Shown here: positions 1-11,781 of the stretch, one piece after another | How the letters are laid out: each line of letters starts with the position of its first letter | Numbering within the stretch: position 1 is the first letter of the stretch | Assembly (NCBI GenBank): GCA_012295275.1 | Contig: CM022665.1 | Location: 20,770,001-20,834,000, forward strand | DNA length: 64,000 bases | Origin: Chrysomallon squamiferum | Taxonomy: Eukaryota > Animalia > Mollusca | Direction: 5' to 3' | Notes under the pieces: generated by a model | The model's input: only the letters and a program-made list of their open reading frames with translations | What the model was told of the DNA's origin: nothing | Database searches by the model: none | Program-made: the position numbers and the translations under genes

Positions 1-1904
1 AAAAAAACAAAATTTTTAGTGTCACGATACGAAAATCAACATTTCATGTGTTGATATATTTCTGTCAGGTTAAATCAAGTTTTATGTTTTCCATATATCT
101 TTAATTACTTTTATATTTATTTGTTGCGATAATGAATGTATTTTTAAAACAAATTAAAACAACAAAAAAAGGGAGAAAGAAAGAAAAAGTTCCAGTACAA
201 AATATGCAAAGAAACATTTTTAATTTTATTTATTTATGTTTTTTTTGTTTGTTTGTTTGTTTGATTGTTTGTTTGTTCTGTTTTGTTTTGTTGGTTTGTT
301 TTTGTTTAATAATAGATATATTTATGACCCTGTGTATCTCTTTTTACATAAATTAATTTTAAATTTTTTTTTTTTTTTTTTTTTATTATTTAAATTATTA
401 TTTTTTTTTTTTTTTTTTTTTTTTTTTGACAATTTCTAAAGGCAACTATTTATTTTAATTAAAAGAAATAATTCTAAATAGAAATATATTAACATTTCTT
501 AAATTTCAAAATACCTGACATTCAGTTTTTTTTAATTTTTTTTTTAAAGTTATATTTGGTACTGTACAAAATAAATTTTCTTTATCAAAAAAGAAAAGAA
601 AAGGAAAGAAAGAAAAATAATTGAAAAAGGAATGTTGAAAAAAACAATATATAAATTTTCTTAATTTCAGAATTGGTGTTTGGTTATAGAAATCTGTTTA
701 TTTTTTGTTGGATGTTTTTTTTTTTTTTTTATTTTTTTTTTTTTGAGAATGTAAATGGTGTAGATATTTCTGAAAATGATTTGCTTATGAAATGGATAGT
801 TTCTTCCTCTTTTGTCTTTCTTTCTTTTTCATTTAAAAAAAAAAAAAAAAATGTTTTACATTAATGAGACCAAACAGCTGTTAAGTTTCTCACCTGACAG
901 GTTAATGAGAGGTCAGTACAGGTATTCTGTGTTTACCTGCAGACATCTGAACAGAAAACAATAAACTGTAGTTAATGAGTGCTGTGTTGATTATTTTCCT
1001 TTCACTGCTGTTTTTATTTTTTCATATTTTTTTTTTATTTTTTTTTATTTTTGTGTGTGTGTTCTCGTTATATATCTAATAAATAGTTGTACCAACATCA
1101 GGATAATTATTATTATTAAGTAGTAGTAGTAGTAGTAACAGTTGTAGAAGTTGTAGTGGATGTAGTAATTGTAGTAGTAGCTGTTGTGGTAATAGCTGTT
1201 GTCGTTGTAGTAGTATTACCATTATTATTGTAGATGTTATATACTTTCAGTGGAATAAAGGTTTTAAAAAAGTTCAGTACTAGTATTTTAAACCCACACA
1301 ATAATATATGAAATTATTTTTAGTACAGAATACTTCTGTGTTTGTTTTTGTTTTTTAAATTTTTGTTTATTTTGTATTAGAAATAACTGAAAATGGTTTC
1401 ATTTTCTTTATTCACTTGTTTCCTTATTTTCTAATTTTGTGAATTTTTATTATTAATCTTACTTCGATTATGTTTTTTTCATGTCATATTCATTTTACTT
1501 ACCTGTAGTAAATATGTTTTCTGTGAAAACAAATAAATAAATGATGATGATTTAATCCACAAACTTAACAAGTACGCAAACCTTCATATTCCCAGGATTA
1601 GCACTGAAACACAGATTATTCATACGCGTTTCATTTTGTCTATTTTACACAAGTGTTGAGATCAGATTTCATCTCTAAAAACTTCTTCTAAGTAGAAGGG
1701 GATTTTTTTTTGCTTTTCCCTGTTCATTAACTTTTGGAATGCTGTAGATGGGAAAGTGTTGAGTATAGAAAGTGATTATATAAACTTAGCCACTCAAACT
1801 GTTACACTGATAACTCTTGTCAGACAGATCATAGTAAACTATATGTTTACCTTTAACGAATTTACCTGTACCTGAAGGTAAAATCCAAACAAGGCAGTTT
1901 TGTC

Positions 1905-2220
1905 TAGCTTTGATATCTCTAAGATATTGTGAGATCTGTTAGATAACATGAGATCTTTGAGATTATGTCCTACATGTCAGATAACATACTTTGTGTTAGA
2001 TAATGTCCAGTATTTTTGATAGTGTCCTCTGTATCAGTAAAAATTATCTTTCTTACATATCCTACTGTGAGATAAAGGAGATGTCCTGCCTTTGTGGTAA
2101 TACATTGAAATTATATCCTGTTTGTGAAACAATATCCTACTTTGAAATGATGCTCTTTTTGAGAAAATATCCTCTGTGTTATATTATTCTGTGAGAAAAT
2201 GCATTGCTTGTGAGACACAT
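1905..2220. repeat. Highly degenerate short-period intronic repeat (gagataa/atatcct motifs)
   Basis: Recurrent gagat(a)a and (a/g)tcct..ttgtga fragments about every 20-30 nt. Confidence 0.45.
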
Positions 2221-2288
2221 AGTGTAATACTGTCAACAGTATGTTTGATATTGGATATTATTAATGTGCACGGTTGTTGTTATTTCAG

Positions 2289-2459
2289 GAATACATTCAT
2301 CGTGTAGGGCGGACAGCTCGCGGGGATGGAGGAATTGGTCATGCTCTGCTGATTTTGCGACCGGAAGAACTTGGGTTCCTGCGATACCTGAAACAGGCCA
2401 AAGTTCCAGTCAACGAGTTTGAATTTTCTTGGAGCAAAATCTCCGATATTCAACCCCAG
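2289..2459 (+). CDS. DDX18: DEAD-box RNA helicase DDX18/HAS1/pitchoune, internal exon carrying helicase motif VI
   Basis: Acceptor tatttcag|GAA at 2288/2289 and donor CAG|gtacaa at 2459/2460; 171 nt, phase 0-0. Translates [57 protein letters not shown], i.e. motif [10 protein letters not shown] plus DDX18-typical downstream sequence. Upstream exons lie before the window. Confidence 0.96.
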
Positions 2460-2783
2460 GTACAAGTTTTTTCTTTTTAAAAAATAATTTAACACAAAAA
2501 AATAATAATAATAAATAAAATAGATAAGTAAATAAATAAAAATACAATAATAATAATTCTATGTTCAGTAGATTTTGAAATTTTAAAATTCAGACCTACA
2601 AAGTTTCAGCAATATTAATGTTGAAAGAGTTTGCTTAGTTATATAAACAATCATTTAAAAATTCTGTAGTATTCATATTTTCATTATTATTAATGTTAGT
2701 GTTGTTAAAATTGTCATTAGTATTATTATTAATGTTAATGTTGTTAAAATTGTCATTAGTATTATTATTAATGTTATTATTAT

Positions 2784-2833
<50 letters not shown>

Positions 2834-3263
2834 ATGTTATTGCTGTTACTAATTATTATTGTTTTAATTTTTAAACTGATATTTATCCTCATTTTATTTA
2901 AAACTTTTCACAGCTTCATAAACTGTCCCATAAAAAAATCAATTCATTCTGCAGTTTATGTAATAAAATAAAAACCAAGTCTAGTTTCTGTACTATACTA
3001 AATTTTCAATTTGCTTGCAAAATATAATAATGAAAACTGAAATTATGGATATAAAATAAACGGTGGAATTTAGGTTTGGTGATTTAGTTGCTTTCTTGGT
3101 CACTAGAGAATAGAGTGAGTGGAACTTGTCTATAGAAACCAGTCGAATGTGTTCTTTATTCCTTGTTTAAATTCCTCCATGGCTCCTTAGCTTGTAGATT
3201 ATAGAAAATGTATTTGTTTTGTTTCATTTCATTTCATTTCATTTCATTTTATTTTATTTTATT

Positions 3264-3302
<39 letters not shown>

Positions 3303-3604
3303 GTTTTGTTTGTTTGTTTGTCATTTTATTTTATTTTATTTTATTTTATTTTATTTTATTTTATTTTATTTATTTAGTTTTGTTTCTTTGATTATTTATT
3401 TCTTCATTTAGTTAGTTAGTTATCTATTTTTAAATTTTGTATAAAATTGTTATAGTTTAGTTTTTTAAATCATTCTTATTAAATAAACACTTTTTATTAA
3501 AAGATCTTCATAAACAAAAAAACATCATTTATCTTTATACTTTTTTCCCCTTTCCTTTCTTTTTATTTCTTTTCAACTAAGTGTTTTATGGAAGAAGAAA
3601 ATTT

Positions 3605-3639
<35 letters not shown>

Positions 3640-5123
3640 CATCAGATTTGATTTATTTAATCCATGATAATGAAATATTTTAATTTGAAAGAAAATTATT
3701 TTTATTTAAAAAAAAAAAGAAGATATTAAAGATTTATTACTTACTTGATTAATAATACATCATTTTTTTTTTTTATTTTTTTTTTCAGAGTCTTTGATAT
3801 TTTCTATTAAATTTTCCCTGCAGAAAATAAATTTCAGTTTTGTTTAATTAAATAATTTTCAGACATTTTTCCTCTCAACATGTTACCAATTATACCTTTT
3901 TCTTTCTCACCTGTCCATAATTATCAGTTTCCACGGCAACAGTGAGAGATTTAGAATGTTTCCGGCCGTGATGTTGATGTGTTTCCTCCTTTATACATTT
4001 TGTAAATATACACACACACACACACACAAACATTATCTTCATTAAAAAAATTAACTGAATCAAGTTTCAACTTGTTAATTTTTCTTCTTCTTTTTTTTTT
4101 CTTCAAAAACTATTAAAAGAAAACCTCATCCTTAACTGTAATTGCATTCAGAAATAGATTTCCACGTTTCCTGTAAAAAAATGAATAATTTAACCTGTAA
4201 CAGTGAGAGACCTGAATGCAATTTGTTGTAGGAACTGGCGTTACATTAACTGTTCATGTATTAACTTGGGATTTTCAGCAATTTGAGATAACTTGGAGAT
4301 TGAGATGAATCTCATACCAACTAAAATTGTATTTGATAGACTTAGAAAAAAAGTGGTGAAACTCTGGTAAGAATTTACAGTCGCCAAAATAATAAGGAAT
4401 AGTAGCAGTGGGAAATGTGGGTAGTATATATTAATAATTTTTTAAAACAAATTTGCTTTTATTTTATTTTTTTACTTGTACTTTGGTGTTCGTGCACCCA
4501 GAAAATTTGTCCATTGCACTCAGTCGCCACTCTTAGCATTACTTTTTTATTTAAAATGTTAGTAGCAGTGAAACAGTATTGCAGCTGTTGTAGTGGCAGT
4601 AGTAGAAACAATATTTGGTAGTAGTAATTGAAATAATAATCATAATAAAAGTAGATGATAATCATAACTACATTGAACTTTAAGACATGGAAATGACAAT
4701 AGTTTTGGTACAGAAGTAGTATCTAATTATGGTTGGTTTTCAAGGGGGGGTTTTGGTTTTTTTTTTTATCATGGTTTAATATTTGGGTGGTTTTTGAGGT
4801 GATTTTTTTATCATTGTTTTTGACTGAACAAAAGGACTAATTTTAAGTGCATGTGTACTCAAAACTAAAAGACATTAACTTATTAAGAAACAAATGCCAG
4901 TATTTCTTTCATTTATAAAAGTTGATATCTCAGAACTATTTTCTTGAAGCAGATACCAGCATTTTTGTCTTCTAACATTTATTTCAGTTGGAAGAATTGT
5001 TTCTTTGAAACAAATGTCTGTAATTTTGTGTTTTTTATTATTTATTTTATTCCAGTTATGTCAGAATTGTTTTCTATGAAACAAATGTTGGAAAGTATTT
5101 TTATGTTTTCATTTTCATTTCAG
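2460..5123 (+). other. DDX18: U2-type GT-AG intron of DDX18
   Basis: Starts gtacaa and ends ttttcattttcatttcag; joins PQ|LEKL in frame. Confidence 0.9.
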
Positions 5124-5152
5124 TTAGAAAAGTTGATATCTCAGAACTATTT
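4887..5152 (+). repeat. Degenerate ~68-bp tandem repeat overlapping the DDX18 intron-exon junction
   Basis: CAGTT at 4985, 5053 and 5121 (68-nt spacing); gaaacaaatg recurs; aaaagttgatatctcagaactattt is identical at 4917-4941 and 5128-5152. Confidence 0.75.
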
Positions 5153-5301
5153 CCTACACAAGTCTGCTCAGGAGGCATACAAGTCATATGTACGATCATA
5201 TGCATCGCACAGTCTGAAAAACATCTTCAATGTCAACACTCTCGACCTGAAGAAAGTGGCATTGTCATTTGGCTTCCAAGTCCCTCCATTTGTCCATCTT
5301 G
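5124..5301 (+). CDS. DDX18: DDX18 penultimate exon (Has1/DDX18 C-terminal extension)
   Basis: Acceptor catttcag|TTA. Translates LEKLISQNYFLHKSAQEAYKSYVRSYASHSLKNIFNVNTLDLKKVALSFGFQVPPFVHL plus one G (phase 1), typical of the Has1/DDX18 C-terminal domain. Confidence 0.95.
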
Positions 5302-8063
5302 GTATCCTTTGAAAAACTTGTGTTTTATCTCATTACACTTTAGGCTGAAAACAGATGTGGATTCAAATCTCAGTTTCATTTAGTACTTTAGCTGTAGTCA
5401 TGTTAATCTTCTAATACATTTTTGTTGTTGTTGTTGCTGTTGTTGATGTTGTTATTGTTATTATTGTTGCTGCTGGTGAAGAAGGCAGATTATTATTATA
5501 GATGATTCTGTTATTATTATTGCCTGCATGCTTGTTTGTAATCTAATTCTGAGTTGCCCCAAATTAATAACTTCAACAATATCTATTGGCTAATTTAAAT
5601 ATTTATGTATATTCCTGTTTCTGGTTGACCAAAAAGGAACAACTATTGTTGAATTGGTTGGATTGTGAAAAAAAAAAGAAAAAGAATGAGACAAAAAAAA
5701 GAACATATTTATCTTTCTTTTTTTTGGGGGGGGGAATCCATTGCTTACCCAGTTTCATATTTTGTTTCAGCATGACTTTATTTTGATTTTCTGACAGACT
5801 TCTTTTTTTTAACAAGCAGTAAAAATCACCTTGAATGCAGGTCATTCCATTTTAATTGTTTGGATTTTTGGTGGGTTTTTTTTTAATACTATTCTCTTGT
5901 TTCTTTTCTAATTCTCTTTACTATTACATTTCACTCATTCTTTTATCTTCTAAATGTTTTTGTTCGTTCTCTTATTTACTTGTATTTGTAAAGTTGATAT
6001 TTACTACTGATTTAGTTGACAATTTGTTTTGATATCTGCCTTATAATTCTGTGAGCTGTGTCTTAATAAATATGCTCACACATACATTTCTCTGCTCACA
6101 CATTCATTTCTGTATACACAAAAACATGTTTCTACTCATCCATACATTTTTCTGCTCAAACATACATTTCTCTACCCACACATACATTCCTCCACTTACA
6201 TGTATATTTCTCTACTTACATTTATTTATCTATTCACACATACATTTCTCTATTCACACATACAAATATCTACTTGTACATTTCTCTGCTCACACATACA
6301 TTTGTCTACTTGCACATAGATGTCTCTACTCACACTAGAGAAACTGCTAAAGAAAGTAGCACAGCCTTGAACATAATCTACAACCCAGTACATGACACTA
6401 CACTGAGCTTTCAGTTTTATCTTGGTTTCATTTCACATCAGTTTTAACTGTCAGATTGAAGGTAGATAACTCTAGTTTTATGAGTACATGATCTTACTCA
6501 TTCTATATTTAATGACATGCAGGGGAAAGTGCCAATTCTTTCTCTTTTATTTTTTTTTTTTTTTTTTTTTTTTAAGCCTGTATTACTTCAGATTGCAGGA
6601 TTGCTGTTAATTATTTCTGTGAAGTGGATATTAGGGAATGTTAACATATACTTGGACATTTTTTCACTTTGTATCATTAGTAATGTTTGAAAATAAATGT
6701 GGTTTCTTTCATATGAAAGCCTCTCAGTACACCAGATAATAAGAGATTTAAAATATGTTTAAAGAAAATCTGATAATCAAAGAGAAGAAACACATATTTG
6801 TAGGGTCTTTTTTGTTACTCCTACATTAGTGTTATTCCTTCATATTAGATTTTTTGTGTTATTCCTACTTATTTTATTTACTTATTAAAAATTATATATT
6901 TGAAACTGAGAATTAGTACATTTGATTATTATTATTATTATCATCATCAATACTATTGTTACTGTTATTGTTGTTGTTCTTATTTTAAATACCAAAAAGC
7001 CTGTTAAGTCAAGGTAATTTTTGTGTTAAGAAATAGTGAGATGGCTGTTGTTCAGAGTTTGTTTTTACAGTTTGCAAACAAACAAGGTTGTAAGAGATGA
7101 AAGAAGAAGAAAACAAATTCTTAACCCACATTTCAACATACACATTGCACAACTCATCAACATCCTACATTAAAAAAAAAAATGTTTTATGCTAGATGTT
7201 ACAGTAGTTGTTGTATGTTATAATATTGGTTTTTATTAATGTTTTTGTTACAGGTTAATATATTAACTTTTTTTTATGATGTTTTGGGTGGGTTTTTTTT
7301 TTTTTTTTTTTTTTTTTTTTGATGGGGTATGTTGTTGTTGTTTTTTTCAAAGAAAATATTTTCTGAGTTTTGAAAATGAATTTCAACTGAAATGTTTGTT
7401 TTTTTCTGTCTCTTGACAGATTAATGTTGAAATGATGACGGCAACAGACAAAATAAATTTCTCTCATCTGTTCTTGTCATCATGAGCAGTTTTTCTTTCT
7501 CAAAATAGCCACAGGTTTTTGTTTCAGTTCACTGCAATCTGCTTTTCATGTATGCTGTTGTTGTTGTTGTTGTAGCATGCAGTGTTTTACTAAACATATT
7601 AATTACATGTTTTTACTGCTGGTGAAACAGTTTTGTTGTCAGTCAGTACATCTGTGTGTTATTGTGTTATTTTTGTTGTGTATGGTTTGTCTGCTCATTT
7701 CTCTATCACATTCACACTTTCAAAGATCAGTTTTGTTTTATTGTGATGTGGTACAGTGTTCATCAAGCTATTTCCCATTCCAGATATTTCTTTACAACTA
7801 TTAAAAAAATGCAGTCATGTGTATTTTTGTATATGCTGGAAAGAACATCCAGTTACATTAGTTAGTTTCTTCTTTTAAAACTGACTAATCAGTGACACTG
7901 ATAATTCAGAATGTTTTCTTTCTTTAAGTTGTTAAAACCCATATTTAATATTTTGTTTTCTTTTAATCACTAACTCCGACATTCATTGTGTTATGTTTTA
8001 TTATTTTCAGTCTTATAGTTGTTTTAATTTTTAAACAAAACATTTCCTTGACATGTAACCTAG
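5302..8063 (+). other. DDX18: U12-type (minor spliceosome) GT-AG intron, last intron of DDX18
   Basis: 5' end GTATCCTTT (5302-5310) is the U12 donor consensus. Branch site TTCCTTGAC (8044-8052) ends 8 nt before the terminal TAG (8061-8063) with no polypyrimidine tract. Phase 1 on both sides restores G|AT = Asp. Confidence 0.9.
6070..6335. repeat. Degenerate ~22-bp minisatellite inside the U12 intron
   Basis: About 12 diverged copies of cacatacatttctct(g/a)ctca. Confidence 0.75.
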
Positions 8064-8203
8064 ATGTGAACGCCAGTCGGAGTGAGAGAAGGATGAAAAG
8101 AGGAAGTGGAGGAGGTTTTGGATACCAGCGGGGAAAAACAGCACACAAAGCAAAGATTTATAAAAGTGTTGGAGATGGAGGCAAAAAGAAGTTTCACAGA
8201 TAA
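8064..8203 (+). CDS. DDX18: DDX18 terminal coding exon (basic, Gly-rich tail) ending at TAA 8201-8203
   Basis: Translates (D)VNASRSERRMKRGSGGGFGYQRGKTAHKAKIYKSVGDGGKKKFHR*; KRGxGGGFGYQ matches the DDX18 C-terminal tail as I recall it; frame agrees with the preceding exon. Confidence 0.92.
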
Positions 8204-8224
8204 ACCCTGTGTTCCAGGGTCCAG

Positions 8225-8328
8225 TTACTGGACACTGGGAATTTCTCAAGGACATTAGATCACATTTTACTGGACACTGGGATTTTCTCAAGGACATTAG
8301 ATCACATTTTACTGGACACTGGGATTTT
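8225..8328 (+). repeat. 42-bp tandem repeat (~2.5 copies) in the DDX18 3' UTR
   Basis: Unit ttactggacactggga(a/t)tttctcaaggacattagatcacatt starts at 8225, 8267 and 8309. Confidence 0.9.
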
Positions 8329-8367
8329 GTGAACTGTCAGACATAAGGGTTTGGATTGTGAATGGAA

Positions 8368-8473
8368 AATAAAAAATATATATATTGTCCAGAGATATTG
8401 ATTTTAAATCTTACATTGTCTGCTTGAGAATTAGGTTTGGGTAATATTAGATTCACAGTAAATGTGAAATAAA
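8368..8473 (+). terminator. Candidate DDX18 polyadenylation signals (AATAAA at 8368-8373 and 8468-8473)
   Basis: Two canonical hexamers 165 and 265 nt after the stop; the second is followed by T/GT-rich sequence. AATAAA is common in AT-rich DNA, so usage is unproven. Confidence 0.55.
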
Positions 8474-8774
8474 GATTTTTCATTTCCTGTAGTGTGGAAT
8501 ATTTAAGAGTATATTTGACAGAATCATAATTTTAAATTTGAACATTCTTGTTATTTCTTTTTATAAAAGAAATAAAACTGATATATATATAAATATATAC
8601 AATTGTTTTTTTTTTTTTTTTCTTTGACAATAATTTTTTTATGTATATCTGTTTTCATCAAACACCAATACATTTTGGCAGCATACTTGTAATAACAATA
8701 AAAAAAAATTAAAAATTGAAGTTTAAAGATACTGTGCTTCATTTTGTTTTTGTATAGTTGTTTTAGTTGTTGGT

Positions 8775-8809
<35 letters not shown>

Positions 8810-9593
8810 TGCTATTGTTGTTAACAAATAAAATTAATTTCATAAATATAAAATTGAGAATATTTTTCTTGTTCCAACCAACCAGTAAAGAAAAGATATC
8901 TTGATTAGATAATAAATCATCATATAGCTAACTGATGAGTGTCATAAATCTCTCAGAAATATATTAAACCTCTTTCATTAATGAAAAGCTTTTGTCTTCT
9001 CAAATAGTTGTCTTTCTCCTTTCTCAGTTTAAAGTTTTCACTGAAGTGTTGGTGTAAGAATGCTGATCTCCTATGTTATCCGTTTTCTAACCATTACATT
9101 TTTTCCTATTCATCTCAGAGCTCCAACATCAAAGCATGGGTATGTGCTCTCTCATCCAAATACAACAGTTTACTTGATACAAATTTTAAAATGTGATGTA
9201 GATCTCCTCGTTAGATCAACTGAATCAGAAGCCAACTTAATTATTTTGAAAGGATATTAAATGCACCTTTGAGGAAGAAGCAAAAATATATACTAAGCTA
9301 AATATGGCACAGTTCTTTAGTAATAACAAAGAATAAATTGCAAGGTGATGGTTTTCATTGTTGTCAAAGCATTTGTGATGCAGGTGTATATAGAAATTAA
9401 CTATTTTGCCAAGAGGTTCCTGAGGAATAATAACCACAAATGTAAAACCCCTTGTGAATATTGTTACTTACTGAACATATTATTCAAACAATTAAAAAAA
9501 GAAATTTGTAACCACATTTTTCTTTTTTACCACATAATTGCTAGATCTTTTGTTAGTGTTTCTTATTTATTTATTTGTGTTTGTTTTTTTTTT

Positions 9594-9648
<55 letters not shown>

Positions 9649-10912
9649 TTTTTTTTTATTTTTTTTTTTTTTTTAAATGTTTCAAAAATTTTCATTCATT
9701 TTTAAAAAGAAAAATTTAAATCCACCGGGAATTTTTTTTTTAAAAATACGATTAAAAAGTTAATCGTTTTGTAAATTTGATCAATCGATATTTTAAACGT
9801 GTGAGAAAGGCAGTATGTTTTATGTAATGACATGTACGAAACGGAGCCATTAACAGACTCAGCACAGCGAAAGAAATTTGGCGCCCACGCCTGAGACTGG
9901 TTCTCTTTAGAGATTGGGCATTATTCTAGATCGTCTGCTTTTTAATTTCAAATAACCAGCCATTACCCAGTATACGATGTAAACGTCAATTTTATCGCTT
10001 TGCGAAAAGATTATTTTGGAAAGTAACACGTCACTTCCTATTAAGCCCCCCCATGTACACACTTCCACCTCAACACGTGTAAATTATTAGTCTTAGTAAG
10101 TTTAATTTTGTTGTTAATGTCATACTTTGACAGTTGAATCCAGTGGTAAATGTGCTTGCTTATGGCACCAAATATCGTGTTCTGTTGATTGTAATTTCCT
10201 GCTTGTGTGATGTTAAAAAAAAAAAAATATAAAAAAAAAAAAAATCTTGTTTAACCAGAAACAAGCCATAAAGGGATGGCGTATAATGGCAACATGTTTC
10301 TAATCGTCATCCGTAACAGCAACCGGCTACTGTAGCGAGCTTCCGTTAATGGAAAAAAAAGAAAACGGTTTCATGGGCACAAGCTGAATGAATAATGGCG
10401 GTCTATTGCGCTTTGATCACTGTTTGATTGTCGACCCTATAATTAATGGTAGAGAAGTTTTATTGACACGAATTCTTGTAACAAAGAGTGGAGCAAAGCC
10501 ATCAATCGAGACGTCAGACGACATTTCGATGGGAAAGACTGGTGGCCGTTATGGGGAAAACGAGAAAGTTATTCTACCGATTAAGGAAGTGGCGTACATG
10601 GAAAGCAAACAGAACATTTGCATTTCGCGAGTAATTATCTTGTATAAGGACAAGGATCATAGAAGCTTTGGTCGATAAATTGGTGGTAAGCCCAGCTTGA
10701 TCTCACTAAATCACTTTAGACCAGAACTCGGCTTCAGTTGTCTTTTTGACCTCACTCGGTATTTTCATCGTAGCATTCCGATGTATTACAGTCTAAAATA
10801 TCACGTGACGGACATAGAACAGAATTTTATTTATTATACATTTTATGTTATTTTTATTTTATTTTATTTTTTTCTTTGTTTAATTATTTAACTAATTAAT
10901 TTATGTGTAGTT

Positions 10913-10991
<79 letters not shown>

Positions 10992-11556
10992 TATATATAG
11001 TTTTTTTTTGGGGGAAGGGGTTTGCTGGACTTTTTCTCTATGTCTGATTATATTTTCTCTCTCTCACTGCAGTTTATTCAATTTATTTCCAAATTTTTCA
11101 CCAGCATGCAGTGAAAATAAATTTATCAGCCATAAAACAGATATGCCTAGATTTCCCCTGACATTTTGGATAATAATGAAATAACCTAATGCAATATTGC
11201 GCGCACTTAAAAACTAAAAGGTACTATTCCACAGCTTGCTGGTGAGTTGTGTGTGCGTGTGTGTGGAAAGTATTAATTAGTAATAATATATATGATATAA
11301 ATACACAGTCAGACGGTGTATTGAGTACGGCAAAAGTAAATGATTCGCATAAACAAAGTTATAAAGATAAATTATTTTGTATAAATATTTTGACACGTCT
11401 TCTGTTTCGTTTGGCTTATGTTTATTTTGCTGACGATATACAACCATCAAACATTAATTATATGTTTAAGTTAATGTAGCAGACAAAACTGATTTCTGAA
11501 AATAACGAGTCAGAACATACAGACGACCGAATTAGCTTGAACACCGGTTAAACAGT

Positions 11557-11598
<42 letters not shown>

Positions 11599-11671
11599 GT
11601 AATAATAGTAATGATTATAACATCAACAAGAAACAACAGATGAGATGATGATAATAATAATAATTAATTAA

Positions 11672-11708
<37 letters not shown>

Positions 11709-11749
11709 TACTACTAGTACATGAACTAAAGAGCAACAACGATAATACC

Positions 11750-11781
<32 letters not shown>

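Noticed and set aside
1541-1607. Possible box C/D snoRNA (ATGATGA ... CTGA) in a DDX18 intron
   Set aside because: No terminal stem and no rRNA-antisense guide that I can recognise; the C box is part of a (TGA)n run. An Rfam/snoscan search would settle it.
4129-4136. TCCTTAAC, perfect U12 branch-like word
   Set aside because: Lies mid-way in a U2-type intron, upstream of the U12 donor, with no exon following.
4944-5123. 5' in-frame extension of the DDX18 exon ORF
   Set aside because: Intronic; Phe-rich translation, and the true acceptor is at 5123.
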